Source: Vulcanimicrobiota bacterium
Lineage (GTDB): Bacteria; Vulcanimicrobiota; Vulcanimicrobiia; Vulcanimicrobiales; Vulcanimicrobiaceae
Length of the DNA stretch: 64,000 bases
Assembly (NCBI GenBank): GCA_963733295.1
Contig: CAVTCS010000003.1
Location: 1,056,001 to 1,120,000 of the forward strand
Direction of reading: 5' to 3'
The notes under the pieces were generated by a model. It saw only the letters and a list, made by a program, of their open reading frames with translations. It did no database searches and was not told where the DNA came from. Shown here piece by piece: positions 19,140 through 28,980 of this stretch. Every line of letters begins with the position of its first letter. The stretch's first letter is position 1. Made by a program: the position numbers and the translations under genes.

Positions 19140-20777
19140 GTGAACACCCGCCGTGGCGCGCCCTCGCGGCGCTCGTTTCTGCTCTCGGCCGGCGCCGTAC
19201 TCACAAGCTGCACGGTCGTAGGCGGCGGAGGCTCGAATGGCCGGCGCAACCGCAGCACCATTCCCGGAACGCTCCGCTACACGGACGGCGAAGGCGTCTC
19301 GGGCCTCAACGATCATCTCATCCCACAGCTCTCGGTAGGCTTTCTTTCGAACCTCCATCAGGGCTTTCTGATGCGATACGACGCCAAGGGCAGGCCATAC
19401 GGCGACCTCGCCGTCGAGGTGCCGTCACTTGCGAACGGGGGCATCGCCAAAGACGGTAGGACGATCGTGTTCCGTCTACGCCGCGGCCTCAAGTGGAGTG
19501 ACGGCGCACCCTTCGGGCCGGACGACGTCGTCTTTACAACGCACGCGACGCTCGATGCGAAAAACAACGACCTGTACCGAAGCACTTTTGACTCGGTCGC
19601 GGACGTCGCGCGGCGCGGCGCGGACGAGGTCGTCTTCCGGTTGAAGTCTCCATACGCGCCCTTTACCGACGGCTTCTTTTCGAGCGATGCCGCCTGCATC
19701 TATCCGAAACATCTCCTCGAAAATGTCCCCGCGATCGACCGCGCGTCGTACTCCGATCTGCCGATCGGTCTCGGTCCGTTTACGGTGACGCAGTGGAAGC
19801 GCGACGAATCGGTGGATCTCGTCGCGAATCCGGACTTCCACCTCGGGCGTCCGAAGCTCAACAGAATCGTATACAAGATCATGACGGATTGGAATTCGAT
19901 CCTCAATGCGATCCGCACGGGCGACGTCGATCTTGCAATGCTCGTACCCGCCGCCCAGTTCGTAAAAGGAAAGGACGTCGCAGGCTATCACGGCGTCACG
20001 GTCCCGGGTGGGACGTTCTCGCAGTTCAGCTTCAATTTGCGCCATCCGCCGCTCGACGAACTTCCAGTGCGGCAAGCGCTCCGCTATGGGACGAATCGGC
20101 GGCTCCTCGCGCAGAAGGTGATGCATGGTCTCGTCGACCTGCAAGAGTCACCGATCGGCGGCCAGAGCGTGCATACTGACACCCACATTCCGTTCCACGA
20201 GTACGATCCGCAGCGTGCCGCTGCGCTCCTCGACTCCGCCGGCTGGAAAGTCGGTCCCGACGGCACGCGGGTGAAGAACGGCGCGCGACTCGAACTCACT
20301 CTTGTGACTTCGACCGGAAATCAGGAACGCGATTCAATCGCGGCGATCGTTCAGGACGATTGGAAGCGGCTTGGCGTCGACTTGTCGATCAAACATTACC
20401 CAGCAACGACGCTCTATAATAGCTATGCTTCCGGCGGGATTCTCGAGCGCGGCAAATTCGACGTCGAGCAGAGTCATCAAGGTTATGGACTCTTCGGCGA
20501 TGAGACCTTAATTTGGGCCTGCCGCTCTCAACCGCCCGTCGCGGTTAACACCTCGCGTTATTGCAGCGCGACGTTCGACCGCGATCTAAACGCGTTCACG
20601 CAGGAATACGATCCAGTTCGCTCACAGCAACTCGCTAACGCGTTCCAAGAGCAACTGGCCGAGGATATTCCGAACATCGTACTCTTCATCGCGCGGGACC
20701 TCTACGTCGTCAGCGACGATCTCAAGGGCATATATTTCGGCGGCACGTTTGACGGAAGCGAGAATTGGACGATCTAA
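19140..20777 (+). CDS. orphan peptide/nickel ABC substrate-binding lipoprotein (family 5)
   Basis: SRRSFL Tat-like signal plus lipobox LTSC; LR.G.KWSDG.P...DDV.FT, PIG.GPF, VRQAL motifs; no permease adjacent. Confidence 0.88.
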   Translation: MNTRRGAPSRRSFLLSAGAVLTSCTVVGGGGSNGRRNRSTIPGTLRYTDGEGVSGLNDHLIPQLSVGFLSNLHQGFLMRYDAKGRPYGDLAVEVPSLANGGIAKDGRTIVFRLRRGLKWSDGAPFGPDDVVFTTHATLDAKNNDLYRSTFDSVADVARRGADEVVFRLKSPYAPFTDGFFSSDAACIYPKHLLENVPAIDRASYSDLPIGLGPFTVTQWKRDESVDLVANPDFHLGRPKLNRIVYKIMTDWNSILNAIRTGDVDLAMLVPAAQFVKGKDVAGYHGVTVPGGTFSQFSFNLRHPPLDELPVRQALRYGTNRRLLAQKVMHGLVDLQESPIGGQSVHTDTHIPFHEYDPQRAAALLDSAGWKVGPDGTRVKNGARLELTLVTSTGNQERDSIAAIVQDDWKRLGVDLSIKHYPATTLYNSYASGGILERGKFDVEQSHQGYGLFGDETLIWACRSQPPVAVNTSRYCSATFDRDLNAFTQEYDPVRSQQLANAFQEQLAEDIPNIVLFIARDLYVVSDDLKGIYFGGTFDGSENWTI

Positions 20778-20871
20778 GGCTTCGTTCGGCAGCGCGGGCG
20801 AAAGGCTCGTCAGGAGGAAAACGGCGCAGAAGATCGCCACACGCACGATTGAGGCCGGCTTTGTTCGCGCG

Positions 20872-21462
20872 CTACTTCGCAGGTGGGGATGCGCAGGTAG
20901 CGGCCGCGTTCGCTAGGGCTGCGATCGCGGCTTTCGCGCTTGCAGCGTCGGCGAACGTCGGATATTTCGGCACCGGTCCTTCCGACGAAACGGTGGCCGC
21001 TTCGACGTCGCTTTTCAAACCCGCGAGCGGGACGGTCGTGTCATCGGAGTAGGTGAAGACGGTGCTGTGGCTCGAGCCCGAGATCGCGGTCGCCGCTTGC
21101 TGTTCGGACTTCACGTTTGCGACCGCGAGCTTGTCGGACATTTTATCGAGCGGCACCATGTAGTACGTCGCGGCCTTCGTCGGCGACGTTACGGCCTGGC
21201 CGAGGTACGGGTACGTTGAAGTTGCATCGCGATGGATCGTCACTTCGCACGCGCCGCTCGCACGAGCCGAATACGTCACGAGCAGCTGACGTTCGAGGAT
21301 TTTCCCGGCGTTGTTTGCCCACGTGTCGTCAGAAGTGAGTTTCGTGGAAAGCGCGTTGGTGACCGCTGACAGGTCGGAATCCGCCGGCGAAGCGGGAACC
21401 GCGCAAGCGAAAAACGCGGCGACGCTGCACGAAACGACCGCTCTCCTAAAGGGCGACGTCAT
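20872..21462 (-). CDS. secreted hypothetical protein
   Basis: AGGAG RBS; signal peptide. Confidence 0.65.
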   Translation of the reverse strand: MTSPFRRAVVSCSVAAFFACAVPASPADSDLSAVTNALSTKLTSDDTWANNAGKILERQLLVTYSARASGACEVTIHRDATSTYPYLGQAVTSPTKAATYYMVPLDKMSDKLAVANVKSEQQAATAISGSSHSTVFTYSDDTTVPLAGLKSDVEAATVSSEGPVPKYPTFADAASAKAAIAALANAAATCASPPAK

Positions 21463-21498
21463 ACGATTGCTCCTCGGGACGTTAGATGGGCGCGAAGA

Positions 21499-22134
21499 TT
21501 ATACCAGGCCGGCGCGGATTGCGTGAACGGCCGCTTGGGTCCGGGCCGAAATGTTCAGTTTCGCGAAGATCCGGCTGACGTGGTTCTTGACAGTCTTTTC
21601 GGAGAGGTGGAGCCGCGCACTGATCTGTTTGTTCGCGAGGCCCTCAGCGATGAGCTTGAGCACCTCGGACTCACGCGGAGAGAGCTCGGCGAGATCGGGG
21701 CGGCCGCCGTTGAGGCTGCGCCGGCGAAGCAATCCGCCGGCGACGCGCGGGTCGACGTATGATTGCCCTTCGGCCACGGTCTTCACGGCGCGCAGAAGTT
21801 CCGCGGGCGATACGTCCTTGACGATGTAGGCTTCGGCTCCGTAGGAAAGGCAGCGCTGCATCATCTCGGGCGAGAGATGCATCGACAGCACGCAAACGCG
21901 TGCTTGGGGTGCGGCTTCGGAGCACGCGCCCAGCGTCTGGGCTACGCCGACAGGTTGACCGTCGAGATCGATGACGATGAGGTCGGGACGCGCGGTCTGA
22001 AGCGCCGATGCGATGGGCGTCGTGAAGTCTCCGACGACCGAGTATAAGCCGTCATCTGAAAAGATGCGGCACAGCGCCTTTGCGAAAAGCGCCTGCGCTT
22101 CGATGATTGCAACACGCAAGCCGGCGACTGCCAT
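21499..22134 (-). CDS. NarL/LuxR-family response regulator (atypical receiver)
   Basis: REC domain plus LSPRE.EVL.LIAEGL.NKQI...L.LSEKTVKNHVS HTH. Confidence 0.92.
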   Translation of the reverse strand: MAVAGLRVAIIEAQALFAKALCRIFSDDGLYSVVGDFTTPIASALQTARPDLIVIDLDGQPVGVAQTLGACSEAAPQARVCVLSMHLSPEMMQRCLSYGAEAYIVKDVSPAELLRAVKTVAEGQSYVDPRVAGGLLRRRSLNGGRPDLAELSPRESEVLKLIAEGLANKQISARLHLSEKTVKNHVSRIFAKLNISARTQAAVHAIRAGLV

Positions 22135-22245
22135 ATTGCCCTCCGTGCAAGAGCGGATCGGTGGGTCAAAGAGTGATCCACGCCACGCTACCGGCCCTTG
22201 TTAGGACCTGCATAAACGTGATGGGCATGGGATCTTATGCGGCAA

Positions 22246-22259
22246 AGGTCATAGGTCCC
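22246..22259. promoter_or_regulatory. DevR/DosR-like box upstream of the response regulator
   Basis: Minus strand GGGACCTATGACCT resembles GGGACnWWnGnCCC. Confidence 0.35.
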
Positions 22260-22284
22260 TGCTCCCTTTGGGGGGCGAGGGTCT

Positions 22285-22656
22285 CTATGCGGCGAGGGGC
22301 GGCTGGACCGCTGCGAGGAGGTCCCGAACGCCCGCCTGAGGCCCCAGGACGGCATCTGCGCCGACGCTCAGGGCCAGTTCGTTCCAGAGGGGATCGGCCA
22401 GGCTGGCGTAGGCGACGATGCGCGTGGCCGGCAGCGTCCGGCGCAGCGCTCGGAGTGCCAGGAGCGGGGCCGTCTCCAAATGGTCGACATCGATGCAGAC
22501 CACGTCCGGGTCAAATCGCCGCAGGGCAGCGGCGGTCGGGCGCGGGCCCGCCAAGCTCACTCGCGCGCCGCTCGATTCGAACGTCTCGCGCAGGAACGGG
22601 GTAAAGAGGGACTGCCGCTCGATAAGCACGATGCGGGGGGCCGGCCAGTTCTGCAT
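22285..22656 (-). CDS. stand-alone pseudo-receiver domain protein
   Basis: IVLIERQSLF, PDVVCIDVD, GADAVL; conserved Lys absent. Confidence 0.65.
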   Translation of the reverse strand: MQNWPAPRIVLIERQSLFTPFLRETFESSGARVSLAGPRPTAAALRRFDPDVVCIDVDHLETAPLLALRALRRTLPATRIVAYASLADPLWNELALSVGADAVLGPQAGVRDLLAAVQPPLAA

Positions 22657-22809
22657 CGTCGTCAAATGTAGGCGGTCACCGCCGCGGGCGGAAGTGCCGG
22701 GTGGCACAGTCGAGCTCACAGAGTGCCCGGAACGCTAGGATGAAAGCCCTAGCTTCCTTGGTCCGCGAGCGGGTCACCCGCCCTGCGTTCTATGTTAGCG
22801 TTGAGCGCG

Positions 22810-23973
22810 ATGCTAACTGTCTCAGCCGACGCGGACCGCGCCTCGCTTCCGCGGCTGACATCGCCCCAGGCGATCCGCGTCGTACACGTCGTCCCCCGTC
22901 TCCGAGGCGGCCCCGAAACCCAAGTGCGGCGCCTCTGCGAACGCCTGCTGGAATACAGCGCGAACGTCACGATCGTCTCCGTGTTTCCGAGCGAACTCGA
23001 TCCGGAGCAGCGCTCGAAGTTAACGGTACCGCTCGTCGAATTACCCAAGACGGGAGGGACGCTTGGCCGCGTTCGCTCGCTCGCGTCCGAACTTCGACGC
23101 CTGCAGCCCGACGTCGCGCACTTCCACTTCGACCTAGGACGTTTTTCCGGCCGGATGGCAGGGGTCATGGCCGGTCAGATTCCCTTCCTGGTGTTAACCG
23201 ACGACGGCGGCGAGTCTAGCAGCGCGTTCCGCAAGATCGTCGACAAGACGCTCGGCATCTGGACGGCCGCGTACGTTGTGGCAACGGAAGAAGCCGGGCG
23301 GCAGTTAGTTAAGAAGGGCGTTCCCGAAAAGAAGATCGCCGTCATCCCTAGCGGCGGCATCGACGGAATCGCAAATGTGCAAGCGACGAAGAAAGTTCGA
23401 GAAGATCTGGGGGTCGCCGAGCGAGACGTCGCGCTGATTTTGCCAGCGCGCCTCGCCGCCCAAAAGAATCAGCGTCTCGCGATGCGTGCGCTTTCGCGGC
23501 TATACGGCGCGCGTGAGGATTGGCATCTGTTCCTGCACGGCGAAGGTCCCGACGACAACATGCTGCGACGCGAGGCGGCTCGCTTGCACATTGCATCGCG
23601 CGTGAAGTTTTTGGCTCTGAAGTTCGATCTGGCGACGCTGCTGCCGGCCATGGACATCTTCGTGATTCCATCGAATTGGGAGCGGCTGCCCGCATCCATG
23701 GGCGATGCCATGCTGCTGGGGATTCCTATCGTAAGCTCGCCGTGGGATGGTTACAACGAGTTTCTCATCGACGGCGAGACCGGTTTCGTGGCGTCGGATT
23801 GGTCGCAAGAGGCATTCGCCGAGGCCATCGAACGCGTGTTGCGGGATCCCGAGCGCGCGCGCCGGGTCGCGAGCCGGGCGCGCATCTTCGCTGCCGAGCG
23901 TTTCGACATGGACGCGGCGGCGCGGCGGCACGCAGACCTCTACTATAATCTGATACGGAAAGCGCGCCGTTGA
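22810..23973 (+). CDS. GT4 glycosyltransferase
   Basis: GGPE, ARL..QKN, DIFVIPS.WE.LP....DAM..G.P, DGETGF. Confidence 0.88.
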   Translation: MLTVSADADRASLPRLTSPQAIRVVHVVPRLRGGPETQVRRLCERLLEYSANVTIVSVFPSELDPEQRSKLTVPLVELPKTGGTLGRVRSLASELRRLQPDVAHFHFDLGRFSGRMAGVMAGQIPFLVLTDDGGESSSAFRKIVDKTLGIWTAAYVVATEEAGRQLVKKGVPEKKIAVIPSGGIDGIANVQATKKVREDLGVAERDVALILPARLAAQKNQRLAMRALSRLYGAREDWHLFLHGEGPDDNMLRREAARLHIASRVKFLALKFDLATLLPAMDIFVIPSNWERLPASMGDAMLLGIPIVSSPWDGYNEFLIDGETGFVASDWSQEAFAEAIERVLRDPERARRVASRARIFAAERFDMDAAARRHADLYYNLIRKARR

Positions 23974-25181
23974 AAGTCGCGTACGTAACGGCGCATTACC
24001 CCTCAAACGCCACAGGCGAGCGATTCCTCGAGCCGGAGGTTCGCGCACTAGCCGACTACGTCGAGCTTGTGGTCGTGCCGGCTCAACCGGTGAAGCTCGC
24101 CGATTCGAGCGTTTCCGGTCCAGCTTTGCGCGAGTTCTTGCGCGCGCCCGCGAGTGCCACGCGGCTGTTCGCAAAGCTGCTATTCGCCAATGGACGGCTG
24201 CATGCGCGGGCGATGAACGTCTTGGCTTTTCCCCGCGGACTCGCGCTGGCGCGCGAGATCCGGGACGCCAAGATCGAGCACATCCACGCAATCGGACTTG
24301 GAGTCCCGTCGACGGTCGCATACGTCGCTTCGCAAATGACCGGCGTTCCTTATAGCATGGGGATCCACGAACATGAAATTCCGGACGACGGACTGACCGG
24401 TGAAAAGCTTTCGAAGGCCAAGTTTACGCGCACGGTTTCGTCGCGGACGTGCCGCGATCTGCAGGCGCTGGTCCCGTCGGCGGCGAGTCACTGCCTCGTC
24501 GTTCGTTCGGGCGTGAGCGTGCCGGCGCGCGCCCCGGACCCGCCGGTCCGTCGCATTCCAAGGATTCTGGTCGCAGGCAGCGATCCGAGCGACGTGCTGA
24601 ACGCGCTCGCGCAACTGCGCGACCGCAACTACGCGGTTTGGTGCGACCTGGTCTCGGATAGCGCGCCGGCTCGAGTGGAACGTTTACTGCGGGCGTACCA
24701 TTTGCGTGGACGCGCGATTCTGCTCGGCCCGATCGCCTTCGACAAAATGGGCGAGGCGCTGGCGCGGGGCGACTACGACGTGTTCGTCCTGGCCTCCGGC
24801 GACCCGAGCGACCCTCGCGAAGACATGCCGGTGCTCGCGCTGCAAGCGATGGCCACCGGTGTCGCAACCGTGGCCGTGGAGGGGGCGAGCCTCGACGAAG
24901 TGATCGACGCGGGGAGCGGGTTTCTCGTCGCAAAGCACGACGTCCAGGGATTATTTGCGGTCCTCGAGCGTCTCGTGCTCGACTCGGGGCTCCGTCACCG
25001 CACGGGACAGCGTGCTCGCGAAAGAGTGCTGCACGCGTTCGAGATCGAGCGGACGACTCGCGAGCTTGCTACGCGACTCTACGGACCAGCCGATTTCGCG
25101 CACGCTTCGCCGCTGACTGCGATTCCAGGTCGCCGCTCGAACGGCGCCCGCAGCTCCACGACGTCGCTCACGACCCGCTGA
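23970..25181 (+). CDS. GT4 glycosyltransferase (WcaL-like, divergent)
   Basis: YP...E.FL..EV, HIHA, DVFVLAS...EDMPV....AMA.G; coupled start. Confidence 0.8.
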   Translation: MKVAYVTAHYPSNATGERFLEPEVRALADYVELVVVPAQPVKLADSSVSGPALREFLRAPASATRLFAKLLFANGRLHARAMNVLAFPRGLALAREIRDAKIEHIHAIGLGVPSTVAYVASQMTGVPYSMGIHEHEIPDDGLTGEKLSKAKFTRTVSSRTCRDLQALVPSAASHCLVVRSGVSVPARAPDPPVRRIPRILVAGSDPSDVLNALAQLRDRNYAVWCDLVSDSAPARVERLLRAYHLRGRAILLGPIAFDKMGEALARGDYDVFVLASGDPSDPREDMPVLALQAMATGVATVAVEGASLDEVIDAGSGFLVAKHDVQGLFAVLERLVLDSGLRHRTGQRARERVLHAFEIERTTRELATRLYGPADFAHASPLTAIPGRRSNGARSSTTSLTTR

Positions 25182-25187
25182 TCGCGC

Positions 25188-25667
25188 TCAGTCTTCCCCG
25201 TCGTAGTAATCCAATGGCTGGCTGCGAACGAGCCGATATTCGGGAGCCTTGATCGCCCATTTGTCACTGTCTGGATAATAGCAAGTTTCGCCGATCGGAT
25301 TGTCCGCCACCACGTAGAGGATGAGATCTTGGTCGCCGTCATTGATAAGTTGGTGCGGTTCGTTCGGCTTAAAAACGAAGGCGTCACCCGATTCGATTGC
25401 GATCCTGCCGTCGCGGTGCCGAAGCGTACCACGCCCCGAGATCACATGAAAAAATTCCCACTGCGCGCTGTGCGAGTGGAAGGGACACGAAGCCGCGCCC
25501 GCTGGGACTCTCGTGATCTCCACATCGAAGGGGTGCCGCTCGTTCAAGTCAGACGATTGCCGGTCACGCCCCAGCGCCTCGGAGATCTTCCGACCGGAAC
25601 GCGCAAACTTGCCGCTCGGCGATGCCTGCGACTCCCATTCGAGTGCATCAGTCTTTACAATCTTCAC
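25188..25667 (-). CDS. cupin domain protein
   Basis: PFHSHSAQWEFFHVISG.G...PHQL.N; GGAGG RBS. Confidence 0.88.
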   Translation of the reverse strand: MKIVKTDALEWESQASPSGKFARSGRKISEALGRDRQSSDLNERHPFDVEITRVPAGAASCPFHSHSAQWEFFHVISGRGTLRHRDGRIAIESGDAFVFKPNEPHQLINDGDQDLILYVVADNPIGETCYYPDSDKWAIKAPEYRLVRSQPLDYYDGED

Positions 25668-25789
25668 CGCCGACCTCCCAGAAGCTAACGGGATGATTCC
25701 CTCGAACGAGCCCTCGAATCGCCGAGGGCACCGCGCGCTAAACAAACGTACGCGTAGAGACGGCGGCTACCCTCGGCTTCAAGAGTCCC

Positions 25790-26134
25790 TTAACCCTTCG
25801 GGAATTGTCGTAATCCCACCGTCGAGCCATTGGGCTCTTTGATGGCGGCGACCAGCAGCCCGTAGGCGACGTCGGTAATGTCTTTCTCGACCGTGCCGCC
25901 CGCGGCCACGAGCGCTTTCACGCTTGCCGCGATGTCGCTCACGGTCCAGTAAGCGAGGCCGCCCGGCTCGCTTTCGTCTCCGCCCGGAACGAGCCCGATT
26001 TCCACTTCGCCGCTCTTATAGCCGACGTACATGGGTGAATCGACGTAGGGGTCGGCACCGATGAGTTCGCCAAAGAATCGCTTGGCTTTGGTCAGGTCAG
26101 CAACGGTATAGACTATGAGAGAAACGTCCTTCAA
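25790..26134 (-). CDS. VOC/glyoxalase family protein
   Basis: V.DL..AK.FF, YWTV.DI, EPNG..VGL. Confidence 0.88.
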   Translation of the reverse strand: MKDVSLIVYTVADLTKAKRFFGELIGADPYVDSPMYVGYKSGEVEIGLVPGGDESEPGGLAYWTVSDIAASVKALVAAGGTVEKDITDVAYGLLVAAIKEPNGSTVGLRQFPKG

Positions 26135-26206
26135 GATTTCATACTCCTTCCATCTCTATGACGGATCGAGCGCCGTGAAACGTGACGGGCGCCGAGGGGG
26201 TGATTC

Positions 26207-27100
26207 ATGCAGGATACGGAGCGGCTCGCGGAGCGCTTTGAGGCGGCTCGGCCGCGCTTGCAGCGCATTGCGCTACGAATATTGGGATCGCCTGTGGAAT
26301 CGGACGACGCGCTCCAGGAAAGCTGGCTGCGCATCAGCCGCGCGGACACTGCGAGTGTTACGAATCTCGAAGGCTGGCTCACGACCGTTGTTGCGCGCGT
26401 CTGCCTCGATGCGCTGAAACGGCGCGAAAGCCGGCGCGAGCAGTTGACGCCGGACGATCCGCGTTGCGACGTTGCAGCAGTCGCTCCCGGCGAACGTCCT
26501 GAGGAAGAAGCGCTGCTCGCCGATTCGATCGGCGCGGCCCTGCGGATCCTACTCGATGCGCTGCCGCCCGCGGAGCTCGTCGCCTATGTGCTGCACGACA
26601 TGTTCGACGTGCCCTTTGACGACGTCGCCGCGATCGTCGGGAGGACGCCTGAGGCGGCGCGCCAGCTGGCAAGCCGTGCGCGCCGACGAGTGCGCGGCGC
26701 ATCCGCAGGCCGTAGTGTCGTGACGCGGCAGCACGACGAACTCGTGCGCGCGTTCCTCCAAGCCTCGCGGTCGGGAAATTTCTCCGCGCTGCTCGCACTG
26801 CTCGACCCGGGAGCAACCCTTCGCGCCGATGCGGCCACGATGGCGATGGGCGGCGCGGCGTACTGGCAGAACGATCGGCTGGAGGCTGGTATCGAAGGCG
26901 CGGATACGGTCGCGGCGATGTTTGCCGGACGTGCGCGTGCCGCGCAACCCGTATTGATCGACGGCGAACCGGGAGCGGTGTGGCTGCATGAAGGCGAAGT
27001 GCTCGTTGCGTTCCGCTTTAGGATTACGGAAGATCGCATCACCGCGATCGATCTCGTCGCCGATCGCGCTGCGCTCGCGCAATCGGTCATCGAGCGTTAG
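26207..27100 (+). CDS. ECF41 (SigJ-like) sigma factor with SnoaL-like extension
   Basis: DDALQE.WLR, WLTTVVAR.CLD, LHD.F..PF, RQLASRARR, ALL.LL.P..TLRAD. Confidence 0.9.
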   Translation: MQDTERLAERFEAARPRLQRIALRILGSPVESDDALQESWLRISRADTASVTNLEGWLTTVVARVCLDALKRRESRREQLTPDDPRCDVAAVAPGERPEEEALLADSIGAALRILLDALPPAELVAYVLHDMFDVPFDDVAAIVGRTPEAARQLASRARRRVRGASAGRSVVTRQHDELVRAFLQASRSGNFSALLALLDPGATLRADAATMAMGGAAYWQNDRLEAGIEGADTVAAMFAGRARAAQPVLIDGEPGAVWLHEGEVLVAFRFRITEDRITAIDLVADRAALAQSVIER

Positions 27101-27130
27101 CGAGTCCCGGCCGCTAGCAAAGAGGAGCAT

Positions 27131-27158
27131 AAAAAAGCCCGTCTCGACGGGCTTTTTG
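27131..27158. terminator. bidirectional intrinsic terminator
   Basis: AAAAAAGCCCGTC-TC-GACGGGCTTTTT between convergent ECF gene and tRNA-Ala. Confidence 0.9.
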
Positions 27159-27163
27159 TTTTG

Positions 27164-27236
27164 TGGAGATGAGGAGACTCGAACTCCTGACATCCAACTT
27201 GCAAAGCTGGCGCTCTACCAACTGAGCTACATCCCC
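27164..27236 (-). tRNA. tRNA-Ala(TGC)
   Basis: GGGGATGTAGCTCAG...CCAGC-TTTGCAA-GTTGG...TTCGAGT...CATCTCCA. Confidence 0.95.
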
Positions 27237-27317
27237 ACGGAGTTGCGTTGGGCCCTCCTGGCGACTCCGCAAACTCTTATGGTTTATGAGTTTGTGTCCC
27301 TTCCTGATCAATGCACG

Positions 27318-27737
27318 TCATGTCTTCTTACTTTTTTGCACTTTCGCTCGAATAGCCGCAGGCGATTTCCTCTTCAATTTGCTCTGATTGTAATCAATGG
27401 CGGCGCGGACGAGTTCTTTTAGAGCGCGCGCATTGACCTTATCGCCCTCGAGAAAATCGATCGCGCGTCTCGCGTTGCCTTCGAGGCCCGCGTTGAAGAG
27501 CTTGTCAGGATCTGAGAGGCTTGCCCCATAGGCGAACGTCACCTTGACTTTCCCTTTGTGAGCGTTGGCGACCGCGATTAATCCGTCGCGATACCACGTC
27601 GGGGTTCCCATATATTTCCATTCCTCGATGATCTCCGAGTCGGCGTCGAGGAAGCTCTTCCGGACGGTGGCGAACGTCTTACCACGCCAGTCCGTGAGTT
27701 CTGCGATCAGTTGGTCAATACGTTTCGATGGATTCAT
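27318..27737 (-). CDS. DUF1801 domain protein
   Basis: ID..I.EL.DWRG, EEWK..GTP.W, F..GA.L.DP..LFN. Confidence 0.88.
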   Translation of the reverse strand: MNPSKRIDQLIAELTDWRGKTFATVRKSFLDADSEIIEEWKYMGTPTWYRDGLIAVANAHKGKVKVTFAYGASLSDPDKLFNAGLEGNARRAIDFLEGDKVNARALKELVRAAIDYNQSKLKRKSPAAIRAKVQKSKKT

Positions 27738-28085
27738 TGGATCTTTATTCCTCGAATTCTGAGCCCGTTTCACGCGATCAAAATAGTAATGTAGCGACAT
27801 TATTCAAATGAGACGCAAGCAGCAAGAGAGCCTTCCCCAAGCGGCCTAACCGATCCGGAGCCGGTGCAGAAGCAAGAAGAACGGCATCGTCACGGCTAGG
27901 CCGACGATCCAAAAAACAACCTGGAGCTGCTGCTGGGCGGCCCTGTTCGGTTCGCCTACATCCTGGTCTCGCAGCGGGTCCCTCGGCGGGAGCCGGTCGT
28001 GTCGAGCGGCCGGCCGTGAGCGACGAGTGAGAATGTGAGGGTGCGTCCCATAAAGTAGCGGCTTGCGTCCGCCGATTCCACAGCT

Positions 28086-28430
28086 GTGGAAGAGAAGAAG
28101 CTGGACTTTGAAAAGATCGGCCGAGCCGACCTTGCCTGCCGCACCGCCCAACGGCTCGCCTATCAATGGCAGACCTCGTCGCCGGGTTGGAGGCTGAGCT
28201 TCGCGCCCGCCGGTGATTACGAAACAGTGCTCGTAACATTGCACCGAACGGACCCCGCAGTGCCTACCGGAAGCGAATCGATCCCCGTCGAGGATCTCGA
28301 CTGGCGCTTGTCAGACGCCGATATTTTCAAGCAAATTACGATGGTCGGGAGCCGCCTCTTAGCCTCTTGGATCAAATTGCAAGAGCGCACGCAGACCCAC
28401 GCGCCCCTTGAGGTACGAGCCCGCCGCTAG
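28086..28430 (+). CDS. hypothetical protein
   Basis: Protein-like composition; followed by an imperfect hairpin and T-run near 28463-28490. Confidence 0.45.
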   Translation: MEEKKLDFEKIGRADLACRTAQRLAYQWQTSSPGWRLSFAPAGDYETVLVTLHRTDPAVPTGSESIPVEDLDWRLSDADIFKQITMVGSRLLASWIKLQERTQTHAPLEVRARR

Positions 28431-28596
28431 TCTTTCAGCTGACGATCGGGTCGAAAACGAAGAAGGGCCGCGCAAGCGCCTTTTTTTATGCCTTCCAGAG
28501 CGGCGTCTTCGCGCGGATGCTTTCGATACGTGCCGAGCGCTGGTGTCTCCATCGATTGGATAAGGACCGTGAGGATTTGTTTTGCGCTCAGCTTCA

Positions 28597-28620
28597 GTGG
28601 TGGGCCATCCTGGGTTCGAA
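28597..28620 (-). repeat. 24-bp copy of the tRNA-Ile 3' end (att relic)
   Basis: GTGGTGGGCCATCCTGGGTTCGAA is identical to 31521-31544. Confidence 0.85.
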
Positions 28621-28977
28621 TCCGTGCTAGAGATGTACGGGAAGTGGCGGCCGCAGGCGTACATAGTCGAGGACGCTGGTTCAGGGACAGCGCTACTCAG
28701 CGATCTGGGCAAGACGACTTCGCTCCCGCTGATCCCGGCGAAGGTTGAGGGATCAAAGGAAACCAGAGCCGAGGCGACCACGCCGCTGTTTCATGCCGAA
28801 GCGCGAGTTGCTCCCGATCGTCGACGACTTCATCGACGAGCACGTCACGTTCCCCAGCAGCGTCACGACGATCTCGTCGATGCAAGCGTACGTGCGCTGA
28901 CGCGCATCCACGAGCTGCGGCGTCACGACCAGCTCGAATCGCCGATCAGTCAGGTCATGCGCATCCGCAGGTTCTGA
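28621..28977 (+). pseudogene. phage terminase large subunit C-terminal nuclease remnant
   Basis: IVEDAGSG..L..DL...SKETRA....PLF, then frameshifted DFIDEHVTFP and HDDLVDA. Confidence 0.7.
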
Positions 28978-28980
28978 CGG

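Noticed and set aside
27778..28244. Several overlapping minus-strand ORFs
   Set aside because: No recognisable motif or RBS; they overlap a more plausible plus-strand ORF and may be decayed sequence
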